From positions 1 to 64,000 of the forward strand of contig CAWDWO010000038.1 of assembly GCA_963806035.1 (NCBI GenBank): 64,000 bases of DNA, read 5' to 3'. Positions 21,576-30,552 of this stretch are shown one piece after another. Made by a program: the position numbers and the translations under genes. Under the pieces are notes generated by a model. The model made no database searches. It worked only from the letters and a program-made list of their open reading frames with translations, and was not told the DNA's origin. Position 1 is the first letter of the stretch, and each line of letters begins with the position of its first letter. Origin of the DNA: Candidatus Krumholzibacteriota bacterium. Lineage in GTDB: Bacteria; Krumholzibacteriota; Krumholzibacteriia; JAJRXK01.

Positions 21576-22455
21576 GGGCCCAGCCCGCGAGCGCATCCAC
21601 CCCGTAATGGAATCCGCCGTAGACCGTGCCCACGGTCAAGGCGGGAACGAGCGCGGCGAGGAACCAGCTCGCCTTTTTGCTGCGCGCCTTGAGAACCACG
21701 ATCCAACAGATTGCGGCCACGGCGCAGTGCGAACTGGGAAAGGCGGTTCCCACCGACGATCCCGAGTGCAAGATGGAATGCACGAGGGGAGGGAAGATGG
21801 GTCCCATGAGATGAGGATCCGGTTCGGGGAAGTGATGGAAGGGACCCGCCACCGGAAAGCCCACGAACACGAGTTGACAGGCCACGAAAACGAGCACCAG
21901 GGCAGTGAGATATTCCTCGACCTGTGACCAACGTCCCTTGGCGGCGAAGGCCACGAGCGGAGTGGGAATGATGAGGTAATAGCTCAAGTACGCGAAGTGC
22001 AGATACTCGGACAGCCACAAATACGGAAGGCGTTGATGCAGAATGAGTGGCAGCACCTGTCCGTGGAAGATCGCGCGTTCCACGACCAGAATCGAGCTGT
22101 CGAAATAACGCGAGGCGAAAAACATGTCGTTCAGTTCGCGCGCCTCGGTGTAGAGCAAGGGAATGAAGAGCAGCGGCAGAATCCGGCGGGCCAGTGCCAT
22201 GGGTCTGTTTTGAATCCGGGACGGTGCCCAGTGCAAACTGAAGAGTCCGAGGGCGAGGGCCAGATTCAAAAGAAACAGACGCAGCCAGTGCGCGACTCCC
22301 GCGTGAAGGAAGGGGAGCAGGAGAACCGTCAAGCCCAGGTACGCGCACAGGATTCCCTCGGAGGGACGAAAACCGCGACCAAACTGCTCGAGGCGCGGAC
22401 CGGCAAGAGACCGCTCGGATGCGCCAGTGGCTTGCGGCTGGACTCGTTCGCTCAC
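21502..22455 (-). CDS. PAP2-superfamily membrane phosphotransferase, Aur1/IPC-synthase-like
   Basis: FPVAGP, AFPSSH, TVYGGFHYGVD; no KxxxxxxRP phosphatase C1 motif seen; GTGA-coupled to the upstream gene. Confidence 0.75.
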   Translation of the reverse strand: MSERVQPQATGASERSLAGPRLEQFGRGFRPSEGILCAYLGLTVLLLPFLHAGVAHWLRLFLLNLALALGLFSLHWAPSRIQNRPMALARRILPLLFIPLLYTEARELNDMFFASRYFDSSILVVERAIFHGQVLPLILHQRLPYLWLSEYLHFAYLSYYLIIPTPLVAFAAKGRWSQVEEYLTALVLVFVACQLVFVGFPVAGPFHHFPEPDPHLMGPIFPPLVHSILHSGSSVGTAFPSSHCAVAAICWIVVLKARSKKASWFLAALVPALTVGTVYGGFHYGVDALAGWALSLALAPLAFSLHAHWQKRQDWRS

Positions 22456-23426
22456 AGCCACCCTTCTTCCCGGTACCAGCGCATCGTGGCCTGCATTCCC
22501 TCCGCGAGAGCGAGTTTGGGCTCGTAGCCGAAGGCCTCCCTCGCCGCCTGGCTACTGCAACTGTATGAGGGAGCGCAGAAGTCGCGCGCCTTCTCCCTGC
22601 CGAACATGGCTTGCCGCCCGAAGAGTCCGTGCGCGGCGTCGTTCAGCGCGCCCGCGCCCAGGACCAGCCAATCGGGCAGAGTCGCAATGAAGACCTTGTG
22701 CGAGGAGGCGTTCGCGAGAGCCTGTGCGATCTCCCGCCAGGTGTGCGGCGGCCCATCCGTGAGGAAAAAAGTTCCCACGCCGCGCCTGTGCTCGGAGGCG
22801 GTCAGGAGGCCGGTGACGAGATCGTGCACGTGAATCAGTGAGAGATGACGTTCTCCCGAGCCCACGCAAAAGGCGAAGCCGCGCTCGGCCAGGGCGAAGA
22901 GCGGCAAGGTCGCGCTGTCTCTGGGACCATAGACGGCGGGGGGACGGATCACGGTCAAGGCTGGCCCCGAGAGAGCTGCCAGGGCAACTTCCGCTTCCAG
23001 CTTGGAACGGCCGTAAAAGCTGTGTGGATTCGGAGCGTCGTCTTCGTGGTAGACGCTTCCCTTCTCGCCGCGTCCCATCGCGGCCAGGCTGGAGACGAAA
23101 ACGAAACGGCCTTCTGCAGGTGCGAATTCGGCGAAGTTGCGGTAGAGGGTGAGGGTAGCATCGACGTTCACGCGGCGGAAGGTCTCCCACTGCGCTCCCT
23201 TCAGAACGGCCGCGACGTGAAAGACACGGTCGACTCCATCGAGCGCCTCCGAGGGGATCTCACCGCGCGCGAGTTCGCCGTGAAAGACTCTCACTCTCGA
23301 GGTGTCCACGAAGCGAAGATTCGAGCTGGCGCGCACCAGCACCCGCACCTCTTCCTTCGCGCGCAAAAGCGCATCCACGAGATGGCTTCCCACGAAACCG
23401 TTCGCTCCGGTTACCAGAACCGCCAT
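22452..23426 (-). CDS. NAD-dependent epimerase/dehydratase; putative ceramide reductase (CerR-like)
   Basis: TGANGFVG, VSSLAA, YGRSK, RPPAVYGPRD; in an operon with spt. Confidence 0.75.
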   Translation of the reverse strand: MAVLVTGANGFVGSHLVDALLRAKEEVRVLVRASSNLRFVDTSRVRVFHGELARGEIPSEALDGVDRVFHVAAVLKGAQWETFRRVNVDATLTLYRNFAEFAPAEGRFVFVSSLAAMGRGEKGSVYHEDDAPNPHSFYGRSKLEAEVALAALSGPALTVIRPPAVYGPRDSATLPLFALAERGFAFCVGSGERHLSLIHVHDLVTGLLTASEHRRGVGTFFLTDGPPHTWREIAQALANASSHKVFIATLPDWLVLGAGALNDAAHGLFGRQAMFGREKARDFCAPSYSCSSQAAREAFGYEPKLALAEGMQATMRWYREEGWL

Positions 23427-23435
23427 GGCGGTACC

Positions 23436-24557
23436 TCAGAGCTCTCTCTGATAGATGCGGTAGGTGCGGTAAGGCTCGCCCGCGAATTTTTGCAGAGGAA
23501 CGATCATCGGCAGGTTGTCTTCCAGGACCCAGGAGCACTCCGCCCAGTCGTAGCCCTTGGCCAGACCCGCTTTCACCACGGCCTGAATCAGCACACCGTC
23601 CAGACCCTTGCCGCGCATCTCGGGCACGATGCCCAGGGTGACGACCCGGATCCCATCGATCTTACGCTTGTACCAGAGGATCTTCAGCAAGCCGAAGGGG
23701 AAGAGGCGGCCGTTGGCCTCCTTCAGGGCGACGTTCAAGTCGGGGAGAGCCAGGATGAAGCCATGAGCTTCACCGCTCTTTTCATCCTCCAAAAAGAAGA
23801 CGACGTCGGGATCGATACCGTAACGCAGTTCCGAAGCGAAGTGACGCACCTCGCCCTCGGACATGGGAACGAAGCCCCAGTTCTTTTCCCAGCAGCGGTT
23901 GTACAGCGCGAGGATGCGGTCGACCTCGTTGGAGAAGTCCTTCATGTTAAGCTTGCGCAGGCGAACGCCGTGTCGCCGCATGAGCTTGTCCGCCAGGGAG
24001 AGGAGCCGGTCGAGTTCTTGGCTTCTGCGCACCTTGAAGGCCAGGAGGTCCTTCGCTTTGCGGAGTCCCGCCGCCTCGTAGCGCTCGGGGTACCAGGGCG
24101 GGTTGTAGTTCATCATGATCACGGGCGGGCCGGGCTCGCCATCCACCAGAAGTCCGCAGCTCTCGTTGGTGGAGAGTTCGAAGGGTCCCAGGGCGTGCGT
24201 GCGCCCCCTTGCCTTCAGCCAGGAGAAGGCTTCGGAGAAGAGGGCAGCCGAGGCCTCGTCATCCTCGCGAAGCGCGTCATGGAATCCGAAGAAACCCGCT
24301 TTGTCCCCGTGGAATTCGTTATGAGCCTGGTTGAGGTGCGCCACTACCCGGCCCACTACCTTGCCGTCTCGCAGGGCGAGAAAGGGCTGCACCTCGGCGT
24401 GCTCGTGGAAGGGGTGTTGCCCCGGGGTGAGCAGTTTGCTCACGTCGGCCTTGAGAGGAGGCACCCAGTTGGGATCGTCTCGGTAGATCTGCCATGGGAA
24501 TTCGATGAAACGCTTCAGATCGGCGCGATCTTGCACCGGACGGATACTCAGGCTCAT
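23436..24557 (-). CDS. GNAT-fold acyltransferase; putative bacterial ceramide synthase (bCerS/YghO-like)
   Basis: FIEFPW.IY..DPNWVPPL, GRVVA, GFFGF, GLLVDG, NYNPPWY, NWGFVPM, SWVLEDN; directly downstream of spt. Confidence 0.78.
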   Translation of the reverse strand: MSLSIRPVQDRADLKRFIEFPWQIYRDDPNWVPPLKADVSKLLTPGQHPFHEHAEVQPFLALRDGKVVGRVVAHLNQAHNEFHGDKAGFFGFHDALREDDEASAALFSEAFSWLKARGRTHALGPFELSTNESCGLLVDGEPGPPVIMMNYNPPWYPERYEAAGLRKAKDLLAFKVRRSQELDRLLSLADKLMRRHGVRLRKLNMKDFSNEVDRILALYNRCWEKNWGFVPMSEGEVRHFASELRYGIDPDVVFFLEDEKSGEAHGFILALPDLNVALKEANGRLFPFGLLKILWYKRKIDGIRVVTLGIVPEMRGKGLDGVLIQAVVKAGLAKGYDWAECSWVLEDNLPMIVPLQKFAGEPYRTYRIYQREL

Positions 24558-24578
24558 GAACGCTCCCCACGCTGAAAC

Positions 24579-25808
24579 TCAGATGAGTCCCAGCTCCTTG
24601 CCGACCCGGCGGAAGATATCGAGAGCGCGGTGCAGCTGATCGTCGGTGTGCGTTGCGATGTACGAGGTCCGCAGCAGCGCCTTGCCTTCGGGTACCGCGG
24701 GGGACACCACCGGGTTCGTGAACACCCCACCGTCCAAGAGCGCCCTCCACAGTTGGAAGGCCATCTGTGATTCACCGACGACGATGGGTATGATCGGTGT
24801 CTCGGTGCTTCCCACATCCCAACCCATTCCCGCCAACTCTTTCTTCATCAAGTTCTGGATCTCCCACAGCCGGACGCGCCGTTCGGGCTCGGTCCGGATG
24901 ATCTCCAGACTCTTCAAGACGGTGGCCACCGCATAGGGGGGCATGGCCGCGGAGAAGATCATGGGTCGCGCGTTGTGACGCAGGAAGTCGATGACCGAGC
25001 TGTCGCCCGCCATGAATCCGCCGATCGAGGCGAAGGACTTGGAGAAGGTTCCCATGATGAGATCCGTTTCCCCAGCCAGTCCGAAGTGGTCGGTGACCCC
25101 GGCTCCTTTGGGGCCGACGACTCCCAGCGAATGGGCCTCGTCGACCAGCACGCGCGCCCCGGCGCCGTGTGCCAGGTTGAGAACCTCGGGCAGCGGCGTC
25201 AGGTCGCCGTCCATCGAGAAGACTCCGTCGACCGCGATGAGCACCCCGCGGTTCGTGGGGATTTTCTCCAGCTGCTCGGCCAGGTCGCGCATGTCGTTGT
25301 GACGAAAACGCGCCACTTGTCCGGGAGACATGATGGCGCCGTCGACGATGCACGCGTGATCCAATTTGTCGATGAGTGCTGTGTCGTCGCGACCGACCAG
25401 GGCCGCGATACAGCCCAGGTTGGTCTGGTAGCCGGTCGAGAAGACGAGGGTCTCCTCCTTGCCCACGAAATCCGCCAGCTCGGCTTCGAGCTTCAAGTGC
25501 AAGTCGAGGGTGCCGTTCAAAAAGCGGCTGCCGGTACACCCCGCGCCGTAGGAACGCGAAGCGGCCTCACCCGCCTCGAGTACGCGCGGATCGTGGGTGA
25601 GTCCCAGGTAGTTGTTCGAGCCCAGCATGACCACCGACTTGCCAGCGATCGTGACCTCGGTCCCCTCGCTCCCCTCGATGGGTATGAAATACGGATACAG
25701 CCCAGTGGCGCGAGTCTCGCGGGCTCGGGTGTAGGAGGCGGCCTTCTGGAAGACATCCTCGCGCTCTTGGGTGTTGGATTTTCGACTGGTCTGTGGATTT
25801 GGATTCAT
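24579..25808 (-). CDS. spt: Serine palmitoyltransferase (alpha-oxoamine synthase family)
   Basis: GLYPYF, GSNNYLGLT, GCTGSRFLNGTLDLH, DHACIVDG, DEAHS, MGTFSKSFASIGG; these resemble bacterial Spt more than BioF/Kbl as I recall them. Confidence 0.82.
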   Translation of the reverse strand: MNPNPQTSRKSNTQEREDVFQKAASYTRARETRATGLYPYFIPIEGSEGTEVTIAGKSVVMLGSNNYLGLTHDPRVLEAGEAASRSYGAGCTGSRFLNGTLDLHLKLEAELADFVGKEETLVFSTGYQTNLGCIAALVGRDDTALIDKLDHACIVDGAIMSPGQVARFRHNDMRDLAEQLEKIPTNRGVLIAVDGVFSMDGDLTPLPEVLNLAHGAGARVLVDEAHSLGVVGPKGAGVTDHFGLAGETDLIMGTFSKSFASIGGFMAGDSSVIDFLRHNARPMIFSAAMPPYAVATVLKSLEIIRTEPERRVRLWEIQNLMKKELAGMGWDVGSTETPIIPIVVGESQMAFQLWRALLDGGVFTNPVVSPAVPEGKALLRTSYIATHTDDQLHRALDIFRRVGKELGLI

Positions 25809-26271
25809 CGATTTTCAGACATCCAGGAGAAAGAGATCCTCGGTCTCGCCGCCGGAAGGCCAACAGGCTTCCTCGGTGGACGGCGCGCGCGGGGCAAAAA
25901 ACAATAGCGCTAAGATGGTACTCAGCAACAGTCCAGCAAGAAGGACGGGAAACGACCTCAAATTCGCAGCCGCCCGCAGATTCTCGCCAAGATAGAAGTC
26001 CACACATGCGCTTCCCGCGGATTCAACACGATTTTGCCCGGCAATGCCAAGAAAGAACTGCCCCAATCCGGACCAAATGGAGCTCGCGCGGGCCCCTCCA
26101 CGGCGGCGAGAGCCCCTGCCGGAGGGCCGGGAGAGCGGATTTGAGCCCCTTCGCCGCAGGGCTTGGGGATCGGACACAAATCCGCCAGCGGAAGCCAAGC
26201 GTTGCCATCGGGGCCTGGCCGAGGCATCCTGCGAGCTGTCTCTCGCGGAGGCGCCGGGCGCGCTTTGGAAG

Positions 26272-27387
26272 ATGCGAATCCTCGAACTGGGAAAATTCTA
26301 CCCCCCGGTGCGCGGTGGGATGGAGAGCGCTCTCGAGCAAATCTGTCTCGGCTTGCGCCGGCGTGGGCACCGGGTGCTGGCCCTGGTTTCGGCCGACGAG
26401 CGGCGCGCCAGCGCGAGCTACCGGGAGGGAGTCGCGGTCTGGCGGCTGGGGCGCTACGGCCAGATTGCCAGCAGTCCGGTCAATCCGGGACTGGCGCGGG
26501 CCCTAAAGAGGGTGCGCTTGCAGTTTCGCCCGCAGCTGGTGCACCTCCATCTGCCCAATCCCGCGGTGGCGGTCGCCTGGCTGCTCTTCGGCGACCGCCA
26601 GTTGCCCTTGGTCATCAGCTACCACAGTGACATCGTCCGGCAGCGTCGCCTGGCTTCACTGCTGGAACCTCTACGGCAGCGAGTCCTCGCGCGCGCGGCG
26701 AAAATCGTGGTGAGCAGCGAGGATCTGCGGAACTCGAGCCGGAGCCTGGCGGCGCACCGTGCGCGTTGTATCGTCATTCCGTGGGGCATCGACGTGGACA
26801 CGATTCTCCCCGGCCCGCCTCCGAGCCCCGAGCTTCTCCCTTTCCCGCGCTACTTCCTCTTCGTCGGTCGCATGGTGTATTACAAAGGACTGGAGGTTCT
26901 CTTGGCCGCCTTGCAGCAAGAGAACATGCCCCTCGTGGTGGTCGGAGAAGGCCCGCTGCGGGCGCGCTGGGAAAAGCAGGCCGCCTCACGCGGGCTCGGC
27001 GATCGAGTGTACTTCGCGGGCGCGGTGTCCCAGCAAGCGCTGGACACTCTCTACCGCGGCTGCGTGGCACAGGTTCTTCCCAGCATCGCAGCCAGTGAGA
27101 CCTTCGGATTGGTGCAGCTGGAAGCCATGGCACGCGGCCGGCCCGTGGTTGCGGCGCGGGCCTCCGGAGGCGTGGCCTCGGTGCAGGAGGATGGGGTCAG
27201 CGGACTTCTGGTGCCGCCGGCCGATGCCGATTCCCTGCGCCGCGCGCTCAAGACCCTTTGGGACGATCCGCAGCGCGTTGAGGCAATGGGCCAGGCGGCA
27301 CGCGCGCGCGTCGTCTCCCATTTCCATCAGGGGCGGCGGATGGAGCAGCTGTCTGGCCTTCTCGAAGGACTCGTCGCTCATGAGTGA
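26272..27387 (+). CDS. Glycosyltransferase family 4 (GT-B)
   Basis: GKFYPP..GGME, HLHLPNP, YHSDIVRQ, FVGRMVYYKG, ETFGLVQLEAM. Confidence 0.9.
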   Translation: MRILELGKFYPPVRGGMESALEQICLGLRRRGHRVLALVSADERRASASYREGVAVWRLGRYGQIASSPVNPGLARALKRVRLQFRPQLVHLHLPNPAVAVAWLLFGDRQLPLVISYHSDIVRQRRLASLLEPLRQRVLARAAKIVVSSEDLRNSSRSLAAHRARCIVIPWGIDVDTILPGPPPSPELLPFPRYFLFVGRMVYYKGLEVLLAALQQENMPLVVVGEGPLRARWEKQAASRGLGDRVYFAGAVSQQALDTLYRGCVAQVLPSIAASETFGLVQLEAMARGRPVVAARASGGVASVQEDGVSGLLVPPADADSLRRALKTLWDDPQRVEAMGQAARARVVSHFHQGRRMEQLSGLLEGLVAHE

Positions 27388-28234
27388 GCAGGATCAGGTT
27401 CGTTTTCTCAACCCCTGGACCCTTCTTCTGCCCGAGGAAAGGGGCAGAGTTCTCGCCGTGGCCGGCAGCGGGGGCAAGAGCGCGCTTCTGCGACGGCTCT
27501 ATCAGCATTACCGGGCCGAGGGCTACAGCGTGTTGTGGAGCCAGACGGTGGATCATCCTCCCCCCACGCAGATTCCTGAACACAGCATCGCGGCGCCGAT
27601 CGAGAAGCTGCGGGAAGAGTTTCAGCATCATGCGGCGCTGTTCGTGGCAGGAGAGCGCGATGGGGAAGGCAGGGCGCGCGGTCTGCCTCCTCGGAGGATC
27701 GAAGAACTGCGCCACCAGCTCGCGCCGGATGTCGTTCTCGTGGAAGCCCAAGCCCAGAACGGCAAGCCCCTTCTGGAGCATGGACAGGCGCCGGTCTGGC
27801 CACGACCGCTCCACATGGTCTTTGCCCTCGCGGGTCTGCACGCGGTGGGGAGTCTGAAGCCCCGCCGGGGGGACCTTTCCGCGCAGGACGAGAAGCCAGA
27901 GGACGGAGAGCCGCCGCGCTTCACCAGCGAGGACGTACTGCGCCAGTTCACGGCGGCTGGTGGACTCCTCGAGCAGACTCCCCAGGGAGTTCCCTGCTTT
28001 CCTTTCCTTTCCGGCCTGGGCCGCTTTCGCGATCTCGACGGCATGTTCGAGCTGGTGGCGAAACTCTGGGAAACTCCGGGCGTCAAGGCGGTGCTTCTCG
28101 GCGAGCTCACCGGCCACGCGCGCATCGACGCTGCCGAGGATGCGGCGGCGGCACAGCTCGGAGGAGCCCCGCACCTTGCCGGTGAACGGATCTACGCGCT
28201 CTATCCTTCACACCTGGACGAGGTCGAAAGCTAG
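27380..28234 (+). CDS. YqeC-like P-loop protein (selenium-dependent hydroxylase accessory family, degenerate)
   Basis: VLAVAGSGGKSALL, DVVLVEA..NGKPL; start overlaps the GT4 stop. Confidence 0.5.
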   Translation: MSEQDQVRFLNPWTLLLPEERGRVLAVAGSGGKSALLRRLYQHYRAEGYSVLWSQTVDHPPPTQIPEHSIAAPIEKLREEFQHHAALFVAGERDGEGRARGLPPRRIEELRHQLAPDVVLVEAQAQNGKPLLEHGQAPVWPRPLHMVFALAGLHAVGSLKPRRGDLSAQDEKPEDGEPPRFTSEDVLRQFTAAGGLLEQTPQGVPCFPFLSGLGRFRDLDGMFELVAKLWETPGVKAVLLGELTGHARIDAAEDAAAAQLGGAPHLAGERIYALYPSHLDEVES

Positions 28235-28363
28235 GCGGTTGTCCCGCGCTCTTCGCGACTCTATACTGACGCGCATCGAGGCCACGCCGAGACACCACCT
28301 CGCGCATGCCATCCTTCAAATCGCCCCACAAATTGTAGGGAACTCCCCGAAAAGGAGTCTTGC

Positions 28364-29215
28364 GTGTCACAGATCGAAATCAACGATCCTCTGCGCGATC
28401 TCGACTTCGTCGCATTCGATACGGAGACCACCGGCCTCTCCGCCGCGATGGAACGCGTGGTGGAACTCTCCGCGGTACGTTTTCGATTCGACGGTGAGGA
28501 ACTCGAGACCTTCGACGAGTTGATCGACCCCAAGCGCTCGATTCCCGCGGATGCGGCGCGAATTCACGGGATCAGCGACGCCATGGTGGAGGGCAAGCCG
28601 CTCATGGACGAAGTGCTGCCCCGATTTCTCGAATTCTGCGAAGACGCGGTTCTGTTGGCGCATAACGCGGAATTCGATCTCGGATTTCTGGTACATGAAG
28701 CCTCGCGTTCCGGGATCACTCTTCCCACGCCCCCCGTGCTGGACACGGTGGAAATTTCACGCCGTCTGCGACCCGATCTGCCCAACCACAAATTGGAGAC
28801 GATTTCCCGCGCCTTGGGCTGTGAGCCGACGACCTACCATCGAGCCCTGGCTGACGCGGAGACTCTGAAGTCGAGCTTTCTCAAATTGCTCGAGGAGAAG
28901 CATCAACAGAGCACTCTCGGTGAACTCATCAAGGATACCGGGAGTGCGCTCACTTTTGGCTGGCCGGATCGCACGCGGGCGTGGCTACCGCCTCGACTGC
29001 GCGCCATCGACGACGCCATGATCTCACAGAGCAAGGTCACCATCGTCTACCAGCCAGAGGGCCAGCGCGAGGAGGCGCGTGAGATCGTGCCGCGCGCATA
29101 TTTGAGGCGCCCGGGGGTCACACTGCTCATGGGACGTCTCGATGGGGGGATGGACCGGAATTACCGCCTTGCGTGGATCACGCGCGCGCACATGGCGCAG
29201 GCCACCCTTTTCTGA
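28364..29215 (+). CDS. DEDDh 3'-5' exonuclease (DnaQ-like) with C-terminal WYL-like domain
   Basis: FDTETTG, AHNAEFD, HRALADA; C-terminal AM...KVTIVY...REIVP...RNYRLAWI. Confidence 0.85.
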   Translation: MSQIEINDPLRDLDFVAFDTETTGLSAAMERVVELSAVRFRFDGEELETFDELIDPKRSIPADAARIHGISDAMVEGKPLMDEVLPRFLEFCEDAVLLAHNAEFDLGFLVHEASRSGITLPTPPVLDTVEISRRLRPDLPNHKLETISRALGCEPTTYHRALADAETLKSSFLKLLEEKHQQSTLGELIKDTGSALTFGWPDRTRAWLPPRLRAIDDAMISQSKVTIVYQPEGQREEAREIVPRAYLRRPGVTLLMGRLDGGMDRNYRLAWITRAHMAQATLF

Positions 29216-29304
29216 GCGAGGCGCTGGCACGCGGGGCGCCCGATGGGAACCGCGCATGCTGAGCGCACATATAAAGCAGGGATCGGCGGCAGGGGGCTCC
29301 GCGA

Positions 29305-29334
29305 TTGACAGGTGGGTGATCTCGCTCTTATCTT
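29305..29334 (+). promoter_or_regulatory. Putative sigma70 promoter for the TPR gene
   Basis: TTGACA-N18-TATCTT, about 75 nt upstream of the start at 29410. Confidence 0.6.
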
Positions 29335-29409
29335 GCCGCGATTCTCAACACCGCGAAAGACCGTCTGTTTGGCGCGTTATTCCACCTTTGTTCTGGAGGT
29401 TCGTGAACC

Positions 29410-30549
29410 GTGAAGTCTCTCGCAATCAGCGCCCGGGCCGGCGTTCTCCTCTTTTTACTCATGCTCATGAGTGCCGGACCCGTTCTCGCCGAATGCTCTC
29501 CGAGCGAGATGGCAGCCGCTCGGCAGTCCTACGATACCGCCTATGCCTTCGTGCAACAGGGCAAATGGAATACGGCCATCAAGAGTCTGGAAAAAGCACA
29601 GGAGGAGTGTCCCGAGCATTGGCAGAGCAAGGAGCTTCTGGCACAAGCCTATCTTCGGACCAAGGATTACGAGAAGTCCGTGGCGGAATACAAGGCCCTC
29701 ATCCAGGGCCGCTACCACGGGAGCGTGGACAGTACCGAGACTCGAGTGCTCTCCGGCTATGGCTTCGCTCTCTTGAAGATGAAGAATGCCAAGGATGCCG
29801 AAGCCGTCTATCTGGCCATCACCAAGAAGGATCCCGAGAAGGAAGATCCCCTCAAGCGCTTGGTCTACGTCTACGAGGCCACCAAACGCTACGACAAGGC
29901 CATCGAGTACGAGCAGAAGCTCTACGAGATGAATCCCGACGAGCACGAGTACACCAAGAAGATCGGTGATCTCTACCTCAAGAAGGGCGACAACGCGAAA
30001 GCGCAGGAATGGTACTCCAAGGCGGCCGCCGAGGGGATCGCGACACGCGGCTCCTACGAACTGGGAGTCGATCACATGAAGGCCGGGCGTTTCGCCCAAG
30101 CCGCGAAGGCCTTCGAAGACTATGTCGCGGGAAAGCCCAAGAGCGCTGCCGGCTTCCAGAATCTAGGATATTGCTACACCAAGCTGGGGAAGAACCAGGA
30201 GGCCATCGAGGCCTACCAGACGGCGCTCTCCATCGAGGGCGACCGGCACAGCGTGGCTTCCAGCCTCGGATTTCTCTACCTGGACAACAAGCAGATCGAC
30301 GAGGCCGAAAAGCTCGCGCGCAAGGCCATCGACACCTGGCCTCAGGACGATCCCAAGAAGCCCGGCATGTACTACCTGATGGGCCAGATCCTGGAGAAGA
30401 GAGGCGAGTACCAGTCGGCCATCGACACCTTCAGCAAGGTCCTTGACGATCCCCAGTGGGGCGATCGGGCCGAGGCACAGGTGGAACGTCAACGCCAGCT
30501 CATCGCGCGCCAGAAGGCGCTGGACGAGCAGAAGAAACAGCGCGGTTGA
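29410..30549 (+). CDS. Secreted tetratricopeptide-repeat protein
   Basis: Signal peptide (..AGPVLA); repeated TPR patterns (NLGYCY, SLGFLY, YYLMGQI). Confidence 0.85.
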   Translation: MKSLAISARAGVLLFLLMLMSAGPVLAECSPSEMAAARQSYDTAYAFVQQGKWNTAIKSLEKAQEECPEHWQSKELLAQAYLRTKDYEKSVAEYKALIQGRYHGSVDSTETRVLSGYGFALLKMKNAKDAEAVYLAITKKDPEKEDPLKRLVYVYEATKRYDKAIEYEQKLYEMNPDEHEYTKKIGDLYLKKGDNAKAQEWYSKAAAEGIATRGSYELGVDHMKAGRFAQAAKAFEDYVAGKPKSAAGFQNLGYCYTKLGKNQEAIEAYQTALSIEGDRHSVASSLGFLYLDNKQIDEAEKLARKAIDTWPQDDPKKPGMYYLMGQILEKRGEYQSAIDTFSKVLDDPQWGDRAEAQVERQRQLIARQKALDEQKKQRG

Positions 30550-30552
30550 GAC

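Noticed and set aside
24579..25808. bioF or kbl assignment
   Set aside because: No bio or tdh genes nearby; motifs and neighbours fit Spt better
26135..26185. 9-bp inverted repeat GCGGATTTG/CAAATCCGC between spt and GT4
   Set aside because: Short, single copy and widely spaced; cannot be told from chance
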